Assembly: GCA_030646995.1 (NCBI GenBank)
Contig: JAUSKF010000004.1
Location: 84,404-148,403 of the forward strand
Direction: 5' to 3'
Length of the DNA: 64,000 nucleotides
From: a bacterium
GTDB taxonomy: Bacteria > Patescibacteriota > Minisyncoccia > UBA6257 > WO2-44-18
Shown here: in pieces, positions 39,479 through 49,946 of the stretch
Layout of the letters: each line of letters opens with the position of its first letter
How positions within the stretch are numbered: the stretch's first letter is position 1
Program-made: the position numbers and the translations under genes
The notes under the pieces: generated by a model
What the model was told of the DNA's origin: nothing
Database searches by the model: none
The model's input: the letters and a program-made list of their open reading frames with translations, nothing else

Positions 39479-40040
39479 TAAAAAAGCCCCCGTCTGCGTG
39501 AGCAAGCGGGGGTAAATCTGGGTCGCGTGGTAGCGGGTTGGGGGCGTAAGCCTCGCCATTGTCCTGCCCATCGGCAGGCATCGCGCTACCGACGCAACCT
39601 TTTCGAGAAAACTGCGCGCAGTCCGCGGTGTGGCCCCACCGCGGTGTAGAGGCCACTCATTCGCCTCTATGTTCCGGCGAGCCCCTGAGGGTACTCTATT
39701 CTCTCCGCGCCATCCAATTAAGCGGAGTTCTATAAGGCCGGAATTGACACGCACCACTCTTGTGATGCGGCTGCCAGGGTGGCTGCGCGCGCCCACCTGC
39801 ACCAAAAAGGATCCTTGTCCCTCGCGTAGATCATCAGACCTTACGCAAGGGACTTGTCCCATACATTAGAAATGTACGGTCTCTAACACTACAGTCATTC
39901 ACTAAAAGCACTTCGTTTTTCTAGCTTTATGGAACACACTGCGAAGCCCTAATCCCCCTTTATAGCGGGATGGGCAAGCCCGCCTGAGGCGGGTAAATAA
40001 AAGACCCTTTTTGATGCGGGTGGACTACTTAACGTTCTAG
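39479..40040 (-). ncRNA. Candidate large structured ncRNA 2 (about 400-560 nt)
   Basis: Consensus promoter, about 10 abutting hairpins, terminator ACCCCCG...CGGGGG-CTTTTTT. Confidence 0.65.
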
Positions 40041-40045
40041 GAGAG

Positions 40046-40074
40046 ATTATAGCGTATAACCTAATTCTTGTCAA
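40046..40074 (-). promoter_or_regulatory. Perfect consensus sigma70 promoter
   Basis: TTGACA-17-TATAAT. Confidence 0.85.
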
Positions 40075-40280
40075 GCCCCCACACCAAACGAGAAGTTTGG
40101 CTGAATTCTTTTGCTTCTCGTTGTGGTGTGGGGGTCAAGGGCTCCGGCATGTTCCTCGAAACTACTCCCTGCGCTTTGGAAAAAAACGCCTCCGAGACGT
40201 TCCTTGAAGATGTTTTCCCAAGATAGTAACCGACCGGTGTTATCCCGCGAGATAACACCCCATCGTTGACTATAAAAACA

Positions 40281-40311
40281 AAAATCCCCTACCTTCTGCA
40301 GAAGGTAGGGG
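40281..40311 (-). terminator. Intrinsic terminator
   Basis: CCCCTACCTTCTGCAGAAGGTAGGGG plus U tract on the minus strand. Confidence 0.8.
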
Positions 40312-40411
40312 CCGGATGACGTGTTCGCGCTAGTTTAGCGGGCGGCATCGCTTGGGATCAATCATCGCTGTTAGTTGCCCGCAAGGATCGCGACGCGAAC
40401 ACGCTGATTCG

Positions 40412-41014
40412 TTACTTGTTTGTTGAATCCTCAGCGGGAGTGTTCTCTCTGCGGATGCGATCCACGATCGCCTTGCGCTCCCGCCGGTTTCTTTCTGCCT
40501 CTTGATAGCCACACTCCACTTTTTCCAAATCGACCCTATCCCAATACGCCATTCGCTCCCAAACCTCGAACGGGACGCGCACATAGACATCGTCCCCGTC
40601 GGGGCTGATGAGTTGCGCCACAGACTCCCGCGGATCGACGAGCTGAAAGAGCTTGACCCTCTTCACCCGGTAACCGTCATAGTCGAGCATCTGTCGAAGC
40701 GTCAACTCCGGCCCGCGACGCGCCCGGAAAAATTCACCGAACTCGCCGAAGTACCAGATGCTGAACGCAAGCGCGAAGACCCCGGTGGAAATTAGCGTTG
40801 CAGGATGCGTGCCTACCGCCTTCAGCTTCGCCAGCGGCTTTCGGAAAGGGTACATGGCCACACCCACAACCTTCATGAAGGCGTTGCGCAGCCAGCCATT
40901 CCTCTGCTCCAGCATTCCTTCCAGCTCATCAATCCGCCTCTGCTTCTCGGTGCACAACTCCACATAATCCGGCTGGTCGACATACTTGGAACCGTCCTGC
41001 GGGGCTTCACTCAC
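40412..41014 (-). CDS. Hypothetical single-TM orphan protein
   Basis: GTG start after AGGAGG; TTGACG-17-TAATAT promoter. Confidence 0.7.
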   Translation of the reverse strand: MSEAPQDGSKYVDQPDYVELCTEKQRRIDELEGMLEQRNGWLRNAFMKVVGVAMYPFRKPLAKLKAVGTHPATLISTGVFALAFSIWYFGEFGEFFRARRGPELTLRQMLDYDGYRVKRVKLFQLVDPRESVAQLISPDGDDVYVRVPFEVWERMAYWDRVDLEKVECGYQEAERNRRERKAIVDRIRRENTPAEDSTNK

Positions 41015-41126
41015 AGCTTTCCTCCTTGTAAGGGACTGGCGAGATATTAGCATGTCAAACTGAATTCGTCAAACTATAAAAATCCCTGCCGGCAGGCAGG
41101 CCCTTCAATAAGAACAAAGCGAACGA

Positions 41127-41338
41127 GGTTACTTTTTGTTCTCGTAGCTCCTCAAAGCAGAGGCGAAGGCGTGTTGGTTCAAGGAACATCTCGGAGGCGG
41201 TTGGGCTTGGCTCGTTCGTTGTCCATATTTACGAACGAACAACCGCCGAGAGAGAAGAAAACCCCGCCGTTGGAGTGGGGTTATTCTGTGTCCGAGAATC
41301 AATACGCCAGAGCCCTTTGCGAGAGAATAAAAGTAGCC
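41127..41338. repeat. Long structured element containing family A copy 2 (41181-41257)
   Basis: GGTTACTTTTTGTTCTC...GAGAATAAAAGTAGCC closure just after the rpoD stop. Confidence 0.65.
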
Positions 41339-41347
41339 GAGTGAGCC

Positions 41348-42652
41348 CTAGTAGCCTTCTAAGGTGTGTGCCTTCCCGTGCCCCCGAATACGAACCAAAG
41401 CCTTAGCTTCAATCTGCCGAATACGCTCACGAGTAACGCCGAATTCCTTGCCCACTTCTTCCAGAGTGTGGGTCACGCCATCATCCAAACCAAAACGCAT
41501 GCTCAAAATCTTCTGCTCGCGGGGAGTCAGGTCAACCAAAATTTCTTTGATTTTGTCACGGAGTAAAGTTTGAGAAGCTACCTGTGAAGGAGTCAGGTTG
41601 CGGTCGTCGGGAATGAACTCCGAAAGGGTGGAATCCTCATCATCATCGCCTACTGGAGATTCCAAAGAAACGACGTCCTGGGAAATTTTCTGAATGTGGC
41701 GGATCTTTTCTACCGGTATATTCATCTCAATAGCAATCTCTTCCGCCAAAGGCTCACGGCCCAGCTCTTGTAGAAGACGGCGTTTGGCCTGCGTGTATTT
41801 AGAAATTGTTTCCACCATATGCACCGGAATACGAATGGTGCGGGATTGGTCGGCTAAAGCGCGGGTAATGGCCTGGCGAATCCACCAAGTGGCATAGGTA
41901 GAAAATTTAAAACCACGGCGATAATCAAATTTATCGACGGCACGGGATAAACCTATGTTACCTTCCTGCACCAAATCCAAAATGCTCAAATTCGGAGAGC
42001 GATTCACATACCGCTTGGCGATAGAAACCACTAAACGCAGGTTGGCCTGAATGAAATGACGGCGGGCTTCTTGGTCCCCTTTTTCAATTTTCTTCGCCAA
42101 CTCCCTTTCTTCCTCGCCTTTCAAGAGTGGGGTCTTACCAATTTCTTTTAAATACATCTGTACAGCGTCAGGCAAATGCTCGCCTACGGTCGCCTCCTCC
42201 AATTCTTTAGTGCTAATCTCTTCTTTCGGAAGTTCAATTAATTGATTGGTTTCTATTACTTTAATCTGGGACTCTTCGAGTTTGTCGTAAATCTCTTCTA
42301 AAAAGCTGATATCGTCTTCAACATGCGGAAAATAATTCAAAACCTCGCCGTCGGTCACGAAACCGCGACTTCGGCCTCTTTCGATAAGCTCACCCAAGGC
42401 CTGCAAATCAATTTCCCGTTTCGCGGCTTTTTTGCCGGTGAGTTTACCCTGTTTTGCATTAGATTTCTTCGAGAACTTCTCCACCTTCTTGGACTTCATA
42501 GTAATCCCCTTAGCCTTTCTAGACGCCTGCCTACCGGTAGGCAGGGCTTTTTTAACGGTTTTTTTGACCGTCTTTTTAGCTATCTTCTTAACTTTTTTAA
42601 GCTTGCTCCGTGAGAGCGAAGCAACTTTACGGGGTTTCAATTTTTTCACCAT
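41348..42652 (-). CDS. rpoD: Primary sigma factor
   Basis: [34 protein letters not shown]. Confidence 0.97.
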   Translation of the reverse strand: MVKKLKPRKVASLSRSKLKKVKKIAKKTVKKTVKKALPTGRQASRKAKGITMKSKKVEKFSKKSNAKQGKLTGKKAAKREIDLQALGELIERGRSRGFVTDGEVLNYFPHVEDDISFLEEIYDKLEESQIKVIETNQLIELPKEEISTKELEEATVGEHLPDAVQMYLKEIGKTPLLKGEEERELAKKIEKGDQEARRHFIQANLRLVVSIAKRYVNRSPNLSILDLVQEGNIGLSRAVDKFDYRRGFKFSTYATWWIRQAITRALADQSRTIRIPVHMVETISKYTQAKRRLLQELGREPLAEEIAIEMNIPVEKIRHIQKISQDVVSLESPVGDDDEDSTLSEFIPDDRNLTPSQVASQTLLRDKIKEILVDLTPREQKILSMRFGLDDGVTHTLEEVGKEFGVTRERIRQIEAKALVRIRGHGKAHTLEGY

Positions 42653-42674
42653 AAGTAGAAAACGACCCTGCTTG

Positions 42675-44426
42675 CTATGCCAAAGTCGCTTGTTTCTCTA
42701 AATTCTGCATTTCTTGAAGTACTTTGTCAAAGGCAGAGAGGGCCGCTGTAAGCTCAGCCTCATTATTCTTCTGCTCGGCGAGTTTAATAGACCAGAGCAA
42801 TTCCTGCTTATGGGAGCGCAAATTTTCCATCTTTAACTGACGCACCAACTCCAATAACTCGGCTTTGGCCTTAACTTCGTCGGATTCAAAGTCCAAACCG
42901 GATCGTAAGCTGACTAAATCAGCCACCGGCTTCAGTTCAACATTCAACGACAAAGATTTCGGGTCCCTACCGTGCTCCAAAATAGCCCTATAACTTTCCG
43001 GAATATGCTCAATGTTATTTTTTATATCTTCATAGAAAGCCGGATGATTTAACACTAGCGAAATAGTCCGCTGGCTAATCAGATCCTTGCGTGATAATTG
43101 CGGAAGTTTGGCTTTTTCGGCGGGCTCCACAGCCGAGTCGGTAAATTTCGGCGCCTCATCTTTGATGTTCAACATTTCTTCCTCCAGCGTTGTCTGAGCG
43201 ACACCACTCTGATCGGAAATAATTTTCAACCAATGCGAACGCTCCACTGGGCTAGCTATCACCCGAAGTCGGGATAAAAGCGCCCGTACATTCTTTTTCC
43301 AAACCAGCGTGTCGGAACGATTAGATATTTGATGCTGACTAATCAAATATTCCATCGCCGGCTTAGCCTCGGAAACCAGCTTCACCATCATTCCGGGATT
43401 CGCCTGCGCGATATCTGCCGGATCCTTCACGCCAAGATCCGCCGGCACCGACAAAACTTTAATCGAAAAATCGGCGGCATTTGCCAAATCAATCGTGCGT
43501 TCGGCGGCCATTTTTCCGGCGGCGTCCTGATCGAAAGAAAGTACTAAAGAATCCGAAAGGCGTTTGAGATTACGGAGGTGATCAACGGTGAGCGCCGTTC
43601 CGGATGTCGCCACCAAATTCTTCACTCCGTCCTGCCAAGACATTATCAAGTCCATCTGACCTTCCACTAGTACGGCGGTACGGCTGTCGCGGATAAAATT
43701 CTTGGACTTATCCAGGCCATAAAGTAGCTTCGATTTATTGAAAATTGGCGTTTCGGGCGAGTTCACATATTTCCCTAAATTTTCCGATTCAAATCCCGGC
43801 ATAATTCTTCCCGTAAAAGCGATGGTTTTGCCGAAAGAATTAATCAACGGAAACATTATCCGATTACGGAAACGGTCCCGAAAAGTACCGCGGTCGGTTT
43901 TCAGAGAAAGTCCGGCTTTTTCAATCGCGGTGATTGCATAGCCTTTGCCGAGTAAAAATCTGGTGAGGACTTCGGGTTGGTCGGGAGCGAACCCGATTTC
44001 AAACTCTGCTATAGTTTCCGGCTTCAGGCCTCGGGATTTTAAATATTCGCGGACGGCGGGGGTGAGTTGGGATTTGAAAAAGTCCTTAGCTAAGCGATTA
44101 GCTTCATATAAAACATTCAGGGCTTTCTGATCAGGTCCGGAAATTTGCCCGATATCCACGCCTGTTTTTTCCGCGAGAATTTTCAAGGCTTCAAAGAATT
44201 CTATATTTTCAAAACGCATCAAGAATGCAAAAATATCTCCTCCGACATTACAACCGAAACAATGCCACATCTGTCGGTCAGGCGAAACGATAAAAGACGG
44301 GCTCTTCTCTTTGTGAAACGGGCAATGGCCTTTGAGATTCTTTCCGGCAGGATTCAACGGCACGTAAACTCGGATAAAATCCGCGATATCCAACTTATCT
44401 TTTATCTGCTGGGTGTTATCCGACAT
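42675..44426 (-). CDS. dnaG: DNA primase
   Basis: [25 protein letters not shown]. Confidence 0.98.
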   Translation of the reverse strand: MSDNTQQIKDKLDIADFIRVYVPLNPAGKNLKGHCPFHKEKSPSFIVSPDRQMWHCFGCNVGGDIFAFLMRFENIEFFEALKILAEKTGVDIGQISGPDQKALNVLYEANRLAKDFFKSQLTPAVREYLKSRGLKPETIAEFEIGFAPDQPEVLTRFLLGKGYAITAIEKAGLSLKTDRGTFRDRFRNRIMFPLINSFGKTIAFTGRIMPGFESENLGKYVNSPETPIFNKSKLLYGLDKSKNFIRDSRTAVLVEGQMDLIMSWQDGVKNLVATSGTALTVDHLRNLKRLSDSLVLSFDQDAAGKMAAERTIDLANAADFSIKVLSVPADLGVKDPADIAQANPGMMVKLVSEAKPAMEYLISQHQISNRSDTLVWKKNVRALLSRLRVIASPVERSHWLKIISDQSGVAQTTLEEEMLNIKDEAPKFTDSAVEPAEKAKLPQLSRKDLISQRTISLVLNHPAFYEDIKNNIEHIPESYRAILEHGRDPKSLSLNVELKPVADLVSLRSGLDFESDEVKAKAELLELVRQLKMENLRSHKQELLWSIKLAEQKNNEAELTAALSAFDKVLQEMQNLEKQATLA

Positions 44427-44532
44427 GCCTTGATTTTACTCGATTTATACCATTGTAGGCAATAAAAAGACCCAGCATGTCTCTAGATCGTTATGGTTCA
44501 ACAGTTTTTGATAATTCGAGAGAAAGTACTAC

Positions 44533-44877
44533 CTAAAAATCCATCGAGGACTCCAGCTTGGGCAAATTAATGGTGTCGATAAGAGCCATTTTCAAGCTAG
44601 CAGCCTCCTTTTCAATTACCGGACCGTCATAATCTCCGCTGTGCGCAGTTGAGCCTTTATAAACCGGCGCTTTCTGGTCAAGGTGCAGATTAACCACCAA
44701 TTTTTTCGTGGTTTTATTGAAAGAAGCATAGACGTGAAAACGCGGATACAAATTATCCGATAGGCCGCGATAAAAACGCCACTCCCCCGTTTTTTGGTCG
44801 TTGCCGTCAAAATGATAACCGACCGAACGCATCGAGTCGGTAAGATTCTCGGTGAAGTTTAGAAATTCAATTGTCAT
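44533..44877 (-). CDS. Conserved-looking hypothetical protein
   Basis: YPRFH, NLHLDQK, HSGDY. Confidence 0.75.
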   Translation of the reverse strand: MTIEFLNFTENLTDSMRSVGYHFDGNDQKTGEWRFYRGLSDNLYPRFHVYASFNKTTKKLVVNLHLDQKAPVYKGSTAHSGDYDGPVIEKEAASLKMALIDTINLPKLESSMDF

Positions 44878-45306
44878 TTATTTAACTCTTATTTCGCCGG
44901 TCATTGTGGCGGGATTGTCGGAGGAATGATAAGTGTAGGTGCCGGGGAAATTAAACAGATGAGTAAAAAGCTCGCCGTATTTAAGTTGGGTAGAATTCGC
45001 AAGTTTAGTCAGTAATCCGGCCGGTTGAGAATCAAAGTTCACGGAATGAAAAAGTTCGTCACCATTCTTCCAGAGAACCTTCGTCCCCGGGCTGACTACA
45101 ATCCTACGAGGATTAAAATCAAAATCTTTCATATCTACCAGCACCTCCGTGATTCCCCGCAAATCAAAATATCCGGCTGGCACCTCTTCTGTAAAAATAC
45201 CCTCCTCTTTCTCCGGCAGTCCCGATTGAAAATAATTAAAAAATACAAATAAACCGGCCAAACAAATAGCGGCGGTCAATACTCCAATTAGAAATAAACG
45301 CTTCAT
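44878..45306 (-). CDS. Membrane-anchored cupredoxin-like protein
   Basis: FNP, GTKVLWKN, HSV, PGTYTYH, MTG. Confidence 0.8.
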   Translation of the reverse strand: MKRLFLIGVLTAAICLAGLFVFFNYFQSGLPEKEEGIFTEEVPAGYFDLRGITEVLVDMKDFDFNPRRIVVSPGTKVLWKNGDELFHSVNFDSQPAGLLTKLANSTQLKYGELFTHLFNFPGTYTYHSSDNPATMTGEIRVK

Positions 45307-45375
45307 ACAAGAAAAGTCTAACGCAAATTCCGGTAATAAAAAACCTCTGCAATTACGCAGAGGCTTTGTTTGTTT

Positions 45376-46509
45376 CTAAAATGGCTTTATTTGCTTCAGC
45401 AAATCGGAAGCCGGATTAAACCTGAACTTCTTCACCGGTTCGAAGAAGTCACTACATTGCTCAAGCGCAAAGACAATCTCTTTCGCTTCTTCGCTAGTCA
45501 AACTTTCCTTCATTCCCTTCTCCAAAACTTCGATAGTGTATTTGGGGGAAAGAAGCTCGGGATCTCGGCCGGGCACTCTCTTGGCCCGCTCTTCGAGCAT
45601 CCGCCTCGGCAACTCTTTCGCAAGGAACCAAAGCGCATCGCGAAGTTTTGCATAAGTCTCAGAGCTTGTGTCAGCGTTGCATTCTTTCACGGCTCGGAGA
45701 ACCGACCGGAAAGAAGGCGGCCTCTTAACTGATGCCGCGCGGCAGGCCAACACTCCGCCGATGCCTCCGCCATCCGCCCTTTCTGGCGGAGGCGGATCCG
45801 CTTCAAGCACTTCGCAAGATGGCAGGAGAAGGATTGCCTCGGAATCAATCTCCTTCTCTTCGGGCTCGGCCGATGCCAGCCTGACATCGGAAACCAACAG
45901 CGAACAAGGCAGATTCAAATTTTTCAAAGATTGCGGGATGTGGTCGTAGGAAATAACATGTACCAATTTTCCGGCGACAATCAGCGCTTGCACCAGCTTG
46001 AAGAACGGCTCACCGCCATCCCCTGTGCAAAGCACTACTCCCTGAACGCGAGCATCGTTAGCCATCAGCAAACCGATTTCGCAAAGGGCCAAATCCGCAG
46101 AATCCTTCCCTTGTGGAACCAGAATCACGGAAGTGAAGTCGCGATCAATGAGGCACTGCATCATCCGAGAATTATCTTTGCGCATCGCCACCGGCTTCTT
46201 CCGAATGTCAGCGCTCTCTCCATGCACAACAGACTTCGGGGCAGACAGCGCAGCATCTGCGCGAATCAAAGGTCCAAATTGACCGGCAATTCGATCAGCT
46301 TGATCAATCGCTAGATTCAAAACCTTTACATCCGTCAGGCTGCAACCATCATCGTGCCTTGCCTGAATAGTCAAATTTTCAACGTCCATCAAGATGACAC
46401 TGCCCTTGAGCGTACTCGTCTCCGCATGCATGGCTTTTCCTCTCCAAGACAGCGGTGATATCTTACTAATTTTTTGCCAAAAAGTAAAGGGCTCGCTCGG
46501 TCTTTGCAT
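45376..46509 (-). CDS. NYN (PIN-like) domain protein
   Basis: MDVENL, GKDSADLAL, TGDG; start uncertain. Confidence 0.7.
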   Translation of the reverse strand: MQRPSEPFTFWQKISKISPLSWRGKAMHAETSTLKGSVILMDVENLTIQARHDDGCSLTDVKVLNLAIDQADRIAGQFGPLIRADAALSAPKSVVHGESADIRKKPVAMRKDNSRMMQCLIDRDFTSVILVPQGKDSADLALCEIGLLMANDARVQGVVLCTGDGGEPFFKLVQALIVAGKLVHVISYDHIPQSLKNLNLPCSLLVSDVRLASAEPEEKEIDSEAILLLPSCEVLEADPPPPERADGGGIGGVLACRAASVKRPPSFRSVLRAVKECNADTSSETYAKLRDALWFLAKELPRRMLEERAKRVPGRDPELLSPKYTIEVLEKGMKESLTSEEAKEIVFALEQCSDFFEPVKKFRFNPASDLLKQIKPF

Positions 46510-46649
46510 AACTTCTCACTCGACCTTCGGCGGCCATGCCGCGACTCACTTAACGAGATTTTTCCGGCCCTAAAGGGACACTTCGTTCCCGAAAAAATCT
46601 CTATTCGCACGGGGCTACGCCTCGGAATCTCGTTCGAAATTATGCAAAG
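46502..46649. repeat. Rod-hairpin family C, copy 2
   Basis: Same core as 37365 with different outer stems. Confidence 0.75.
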
Positions 46650-46691
46650 GCCTCATTCGCTTTATAAAAAATCTCCGCAAAAATGCGGAGA

Positions 46692-47339
46692 CTAATCATC
46701 ACGTCGAGGGCAGGACTCACCAAACAGATAACCGAAGGCCATAGCAAAGAGTCCGCCGGCTACCACATCCACAAGGTTGTGCTGTTTCACGGTTAGGGTG
46801 CTAATGGTAATCAATGCGCCCCAAAGCATGAACAGTACACCCTTCCGATAACGCCCGGCGGACATCAAGAGAAATGGCCCAAGTAAGCTGAAAAAGGCAT
46901 GCCCGCTGGGAAATTGATTGGCGGCCACATCGGTAGCCCGCAACCAGAGCACGGCGCCGTCAAAGTAATTCAGACAATGCACTACCGGCGTAGGATAATT
47001 ATGCGTCGTCGGCAGAAAGAAATAGAAAAGACTCAAGAGCAGACCACCGAGCATGTATGCCCAAAAAAGATTCCGAAGAACTAGTCGATTACGAACCGTC
47101 AGAAAAATTAGGGTGACTTGCAGATAGAGAGTCAGGTAAATTACTACCGTCCACGACACGAAAGGGATGGCCTGGTCGAGATGATAGAATGGCGTGACGT
47201 CTGGTTCCAAAATTAGAATTTTCGGAATAATTGCGTAAGTCGCGCCAGCCATTATCCAAAAGATAATAAGGGCCTTAAATTTCTCTCGCCAGCAAAAAAC
47301 AAAAGTATCTCGCACCTCCTTCCACCACTTCAATATCAT
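46692..47339 (-). CDS. PAP2 family membrane phosphatase/phosphotransferase
   Basis: NQFPSGH, KQH..VD; GAGGAGG SD. Confidence 0.85.
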   Translation of the reverse strand: MILKWWKEVRDTFVFCWREKFKALIIFWIMAGATYAIIPKILILEPDVTPFYHLDQAIPFVSWTVVIYLTLYLQVTLIFLTVRNRLVLRNLFWAYMLGGLLLSLFYFFLPTTHNYPTPVVHCLNYFDGAVLWLRATDVAANQFPSGHAFFSLLGPFLLMSAGRYRKGVLFMLWGALITISTLTVKQHNLVDVVAGGLFAMAFGYLFGESCPRRDD

Positions 47340-47521
47340 TTTTCAGCCTCCTCTTTGATTCAAAAAACTAGGAAGAGATTAGCACGTAGACTTGGGTTAG
47401 TAAACCCAAATCGGTATTTAGTATAAGGTATCCGGTATTAAGTATGCCCTCGCTCAAATACGGAATACTTCATACTTGATACTAAATACTAAAAATCCGG
47501 CATTGCCGGATTTTGTTTTTG

Positions 47522-47592
47522 TCGGGGCGCCGGGAATCGAACCCGGCCTATACGCACCCCATGCGTACGTACTGCCGATATACTACGCCCCG
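47522..47592 (-). tRNA. tRNA-Pro(GGG), CCA not encoded
   Basis: CGGGGCG acceptor, TACGC-ATGGGGT-GCGTA anticodon arm, GTTCGATTC T-loop. Confidence 0.95.
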
Positions 47593-47645
47593 ATATTTAC
47601 TTACCAACCAATCCTACTAAAAATCCCCTTCGAATGAAAGGGATT

Positions 47646-47876
47646 TTATTTTGCTGGAACTGTTTCTGGAGCTTTCGGCTTTTGGTACTTCGGAAGAGGC
47701 TTATTCTGACTCCTTAAGCATTGAGTACAAACCAAAGCTCTTACTCCGGAAGCGAGACGAGTCCTCTGCAAGTTCGGATATTTGCGAGTCCAATTGGTCG
47801 GGTTGTAGTGACCACGCAAAAGAACGCGGGTACCCGCCATCAGAGATCCTTTTTGACATACTGCACACTGTCTCAT
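47646..47876 (-). CDS. rpmB: 50S ribosomal protein L28
   Basis: MRQCAVCQKG...PNLQ...CTQCL. Confidence 0.88.
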   Translation of the reverse strand: MRQCAVCQKGSLMAGTRVLLRGHYNPTNWTRKYPNLQRTRLASGVRALVCTQCLRSQNKPLPKYQKPKAPETVPAK

Positions 47877-47931
47877 ATTGAATACTATGATAATCGATTT
47901 CTTGAAAGCGGTCAACTATAAAAAAATCCCC

Positions 47932-48522
47932 TTATGCGGGGGATCCAAATTTGAAATTCTTCTGATCCGGCTGGCGGAAGTTGAAGCCGAAGGACGCAGT
48001 CGTGACCATTGTGTCTTTGAAGGTGCGGCCAGTGTAGAGCGCGTCTTTCTTTCGAACTAGAGTAAGAAATCCCGTCGGGGCAAAGGGCGTCGTCGGCTGG
48101 ATTACCAGAAGATAATCTTCATAAGCCTCGCGCCCCGGATTCGGCAAATAAGCTTCGTTGACTACCATTCCGATTGCCTTCTGACCGGCATAATCAAAAA
48201 TAACTTCCGGCACATTGCCGCTAGTCACCTTGTCGATGTAATCCTGATTCAGAAAAAAATCGATCACTACCGAGACCAGGGGGATCTTCGAGAAAAGCTT
48301 AAGGAAAAACTGCCGCAGTTTCGGTTTACCAATCAGCCAACCAATGAACAGAATGCCTAGAGCATACACCGCCAAATTCAGTGGCAGGTTGATGATCTTT
48401 GCATCGCTGAACGAAATAACAAAGTTCGACAGCAACGACAAAGCCCAAATGATAAAAGACACCAGAATCGCAATTACACCCGACCAGATAAGACCGGCCT
48501 TAAACGTCTTCCAGATTTTCAA
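47932..48522 (-). CDS. DUF502-like membrane protein
   Basis: TMs, KIPLV, PTTPFAPTGF. Confidence 0.75.
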   Translation of the reverse strand: MKIWKTFKAGLIWSGVIAILVSFIIWALSLLSNFVISFSDAKIINLPLNLAVYALGILFIGWLIGKPKLRQFFLKLFSKIPLVSVVIDFFLNQDYIDKVTSGNVPEVIFDYAGQKAIGMVVNEAYLPNPGREAYEDYLLVIQPTTPFAPTGFLTLVRKKDALYTGRTFKDTMVTTASFGFNFRQPDQKNFKFGSPA

Positions 48523-48533
48523 GTGAAGCCCTC

Positions 48534-49061
48534 CTATTCTTTAGAAGCTCCTTTAGCTAAGGCCAAGTTTACTAACAAAGCGCTAAGAATACCAATGAGC
48601 GCGCCGGCCAAAATATCCAACGGCCAATGAACGCCCGCCACCACCCGAGCCACTCCTATCAGAAAAGCTCCAAGCAAAAAGAGACTCCCCTTCTTCTTAT
48701 CGAATAAAAATACCGCAAAAGCCAGGGCAAAAAATACGGATGCATGGCCCGATGGAAAAGACGCCACATTGCCATGATTAAAAACGGGAACTAGGTTCAG
48801 TTCTACAAACGGCCTAGCCCGAAAGAATAAAAATTGAATAACCTCCGCGATAATTCCACGGGAAATAATTACCGCCAACGCCAATAAGGAAAATTTATAA
48901 AAACGATGCCTCCAGCTTTTTTCCCACCAAAGAAGTCCGACAACCAACAAAATTAACAAGTAGGCCAAGTACTTACCAAAAAAAACTATCAATCCGTCCA
49001 TAAGGGCTGATTGATTGGCGAATCCGTGCAGGAAATTAAAAATAGCTAAATCGTATCCCAT
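48534..49061 (-). CDS. PAP2 / BcrC-like undecaprenyl-PP phosphatase
   Basis: RARPF, SFPSGH, RVVAGVHWPLD. Confidence 0.9.
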   Translation of the reverse strand: MGYDLAIFNFLHGFANQSALMDGLIVFFGKYLAYLLILLVVGLLWWEKSWRHRFYKFSLLALAVIISRGIIAEVIQFLFFRARPFVELNLVPVFNHGNVASFPSGHASVFFALAFAVFLFDKKKGSLFLLGAFLIGVARVVAGVHWPLDILAGALIGILSALLVNLALAKGASKE

Positions 49062-49154
49062 GTAAGTGTTCGCTAATAATGCTAATTATGACAAATAATG
49101 CCAATAAATCCTATTCGCATTATTAAATTAAATTCGTATTATTCGCGATTACTC

Positions 49155-49355
49155 CTAGCGGCGGACGAACGGAAGCAAACCCATATAGCGGGAGCGCTTA
49201 ATGGATTGAGCTAATTTTCGCTGATGTAATGCGCAAGTACCTGTATAACGAGGGTCGATAATTTTAGCTTGGCCGGAAGTAAACCGACGCACGAAGGCGA
49301 CGTCTTTGTAATCGATAACCTCGATATTCTGCGAGCAAAATATGCACTGAATCAT
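49155..49355 (-). CDS. rpsR: 30S ribosomal protein S18
   Basis: IDYKD, HQRK, LLPF. Confidence 0.96.
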   Translation of the reverse strand: MIQCIFCSQNIEVIDYKDVAFVRRFTSGQAKIIDPRYTGTCALHQRKLAQSIKRSRYMGLLPFVRR

Positions 49356-49383
49356 AAAGTAAATCTATTATAGACTAACTCAA

Positions 49384-49845
49384 TTAAAATGGCAAATCCT
49401 CCATCTTAATATCTTCGTCAATCTGAATAGTCGGAATCGGCTCAGCTCCGCCGGCTGGCGGACGGACATCAGCCGAATTAGCTGATTCCATAGGCTTACC
49501 GGAACTTCCTACACCTCCTGATCGCGGCCCTAATTCAATTCTGTCGGCTATAATCTCCGTGGTGCTACGGTTCTGACCCTGCTTGTCCTGCCATTTACGG
49601 GTCTGCAATCTGCCCTCCACTAAAGCCAATCCCCCTCTAGTTAAAAACTTACCGGCGATTTCCGCCGAACGGCCCCAAACGACAATATTATGATACTCCA
49701 CCTCTTCTTTCTTTTGACCCGCCTTGTCGGTCCAATAGCGATTAGTAGCCAAGCTGAAGCTGGCAACTTGCTGACCGCCGGGAGTACTGCGAAGAATCGG
49801 ATCAGCAGTCAACCGACCTAGAATAAAGACTTTATTGAGATTCAT
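49384..49845 (-). CDS. ssb: Single-stranded DNA-binding protein
   Basis: NKVFILGRL, EGRLQTR, DLPF tail. Confidence 0.98.
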   Translation of the reverse strand: MNLNKVFILGRLTADPILRSTPGGQQVASFSLATNRYWTDKAGQKKEEVEYHNIVVWGRSAEIAGKFLTRGGLALVEGRLQTRKWQDKQGQNRSTTEIIADRIELGPRSGGVGSSGKPMESANSADVRPPAGGAEPIPTIQIDEDIKMEDLPF

Positions 49846-49946
49846 ATGTGATTAGTATTAAGTATTTTGTATTAAGTATCAAGTATAATTCGCATACTGA
49901 ATACCGGATACTTTATACCTAATACTACTAAAATAGCCCCAATGGG

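Noticed and set aside
39818-39853. CTGATGA (hammerhead core) in candidate ncRNA 2
   Set aside because: No stem II followed by GAAA in the right place; it sits in a hairpin loop
39306-39862. ORF-track N-terminal extension of the DUF5667 gene and the overlapping 141-aa ORF
   Set aside because: They cross a terminator and GC-rich hairpins; the signal peptide begins at 39305
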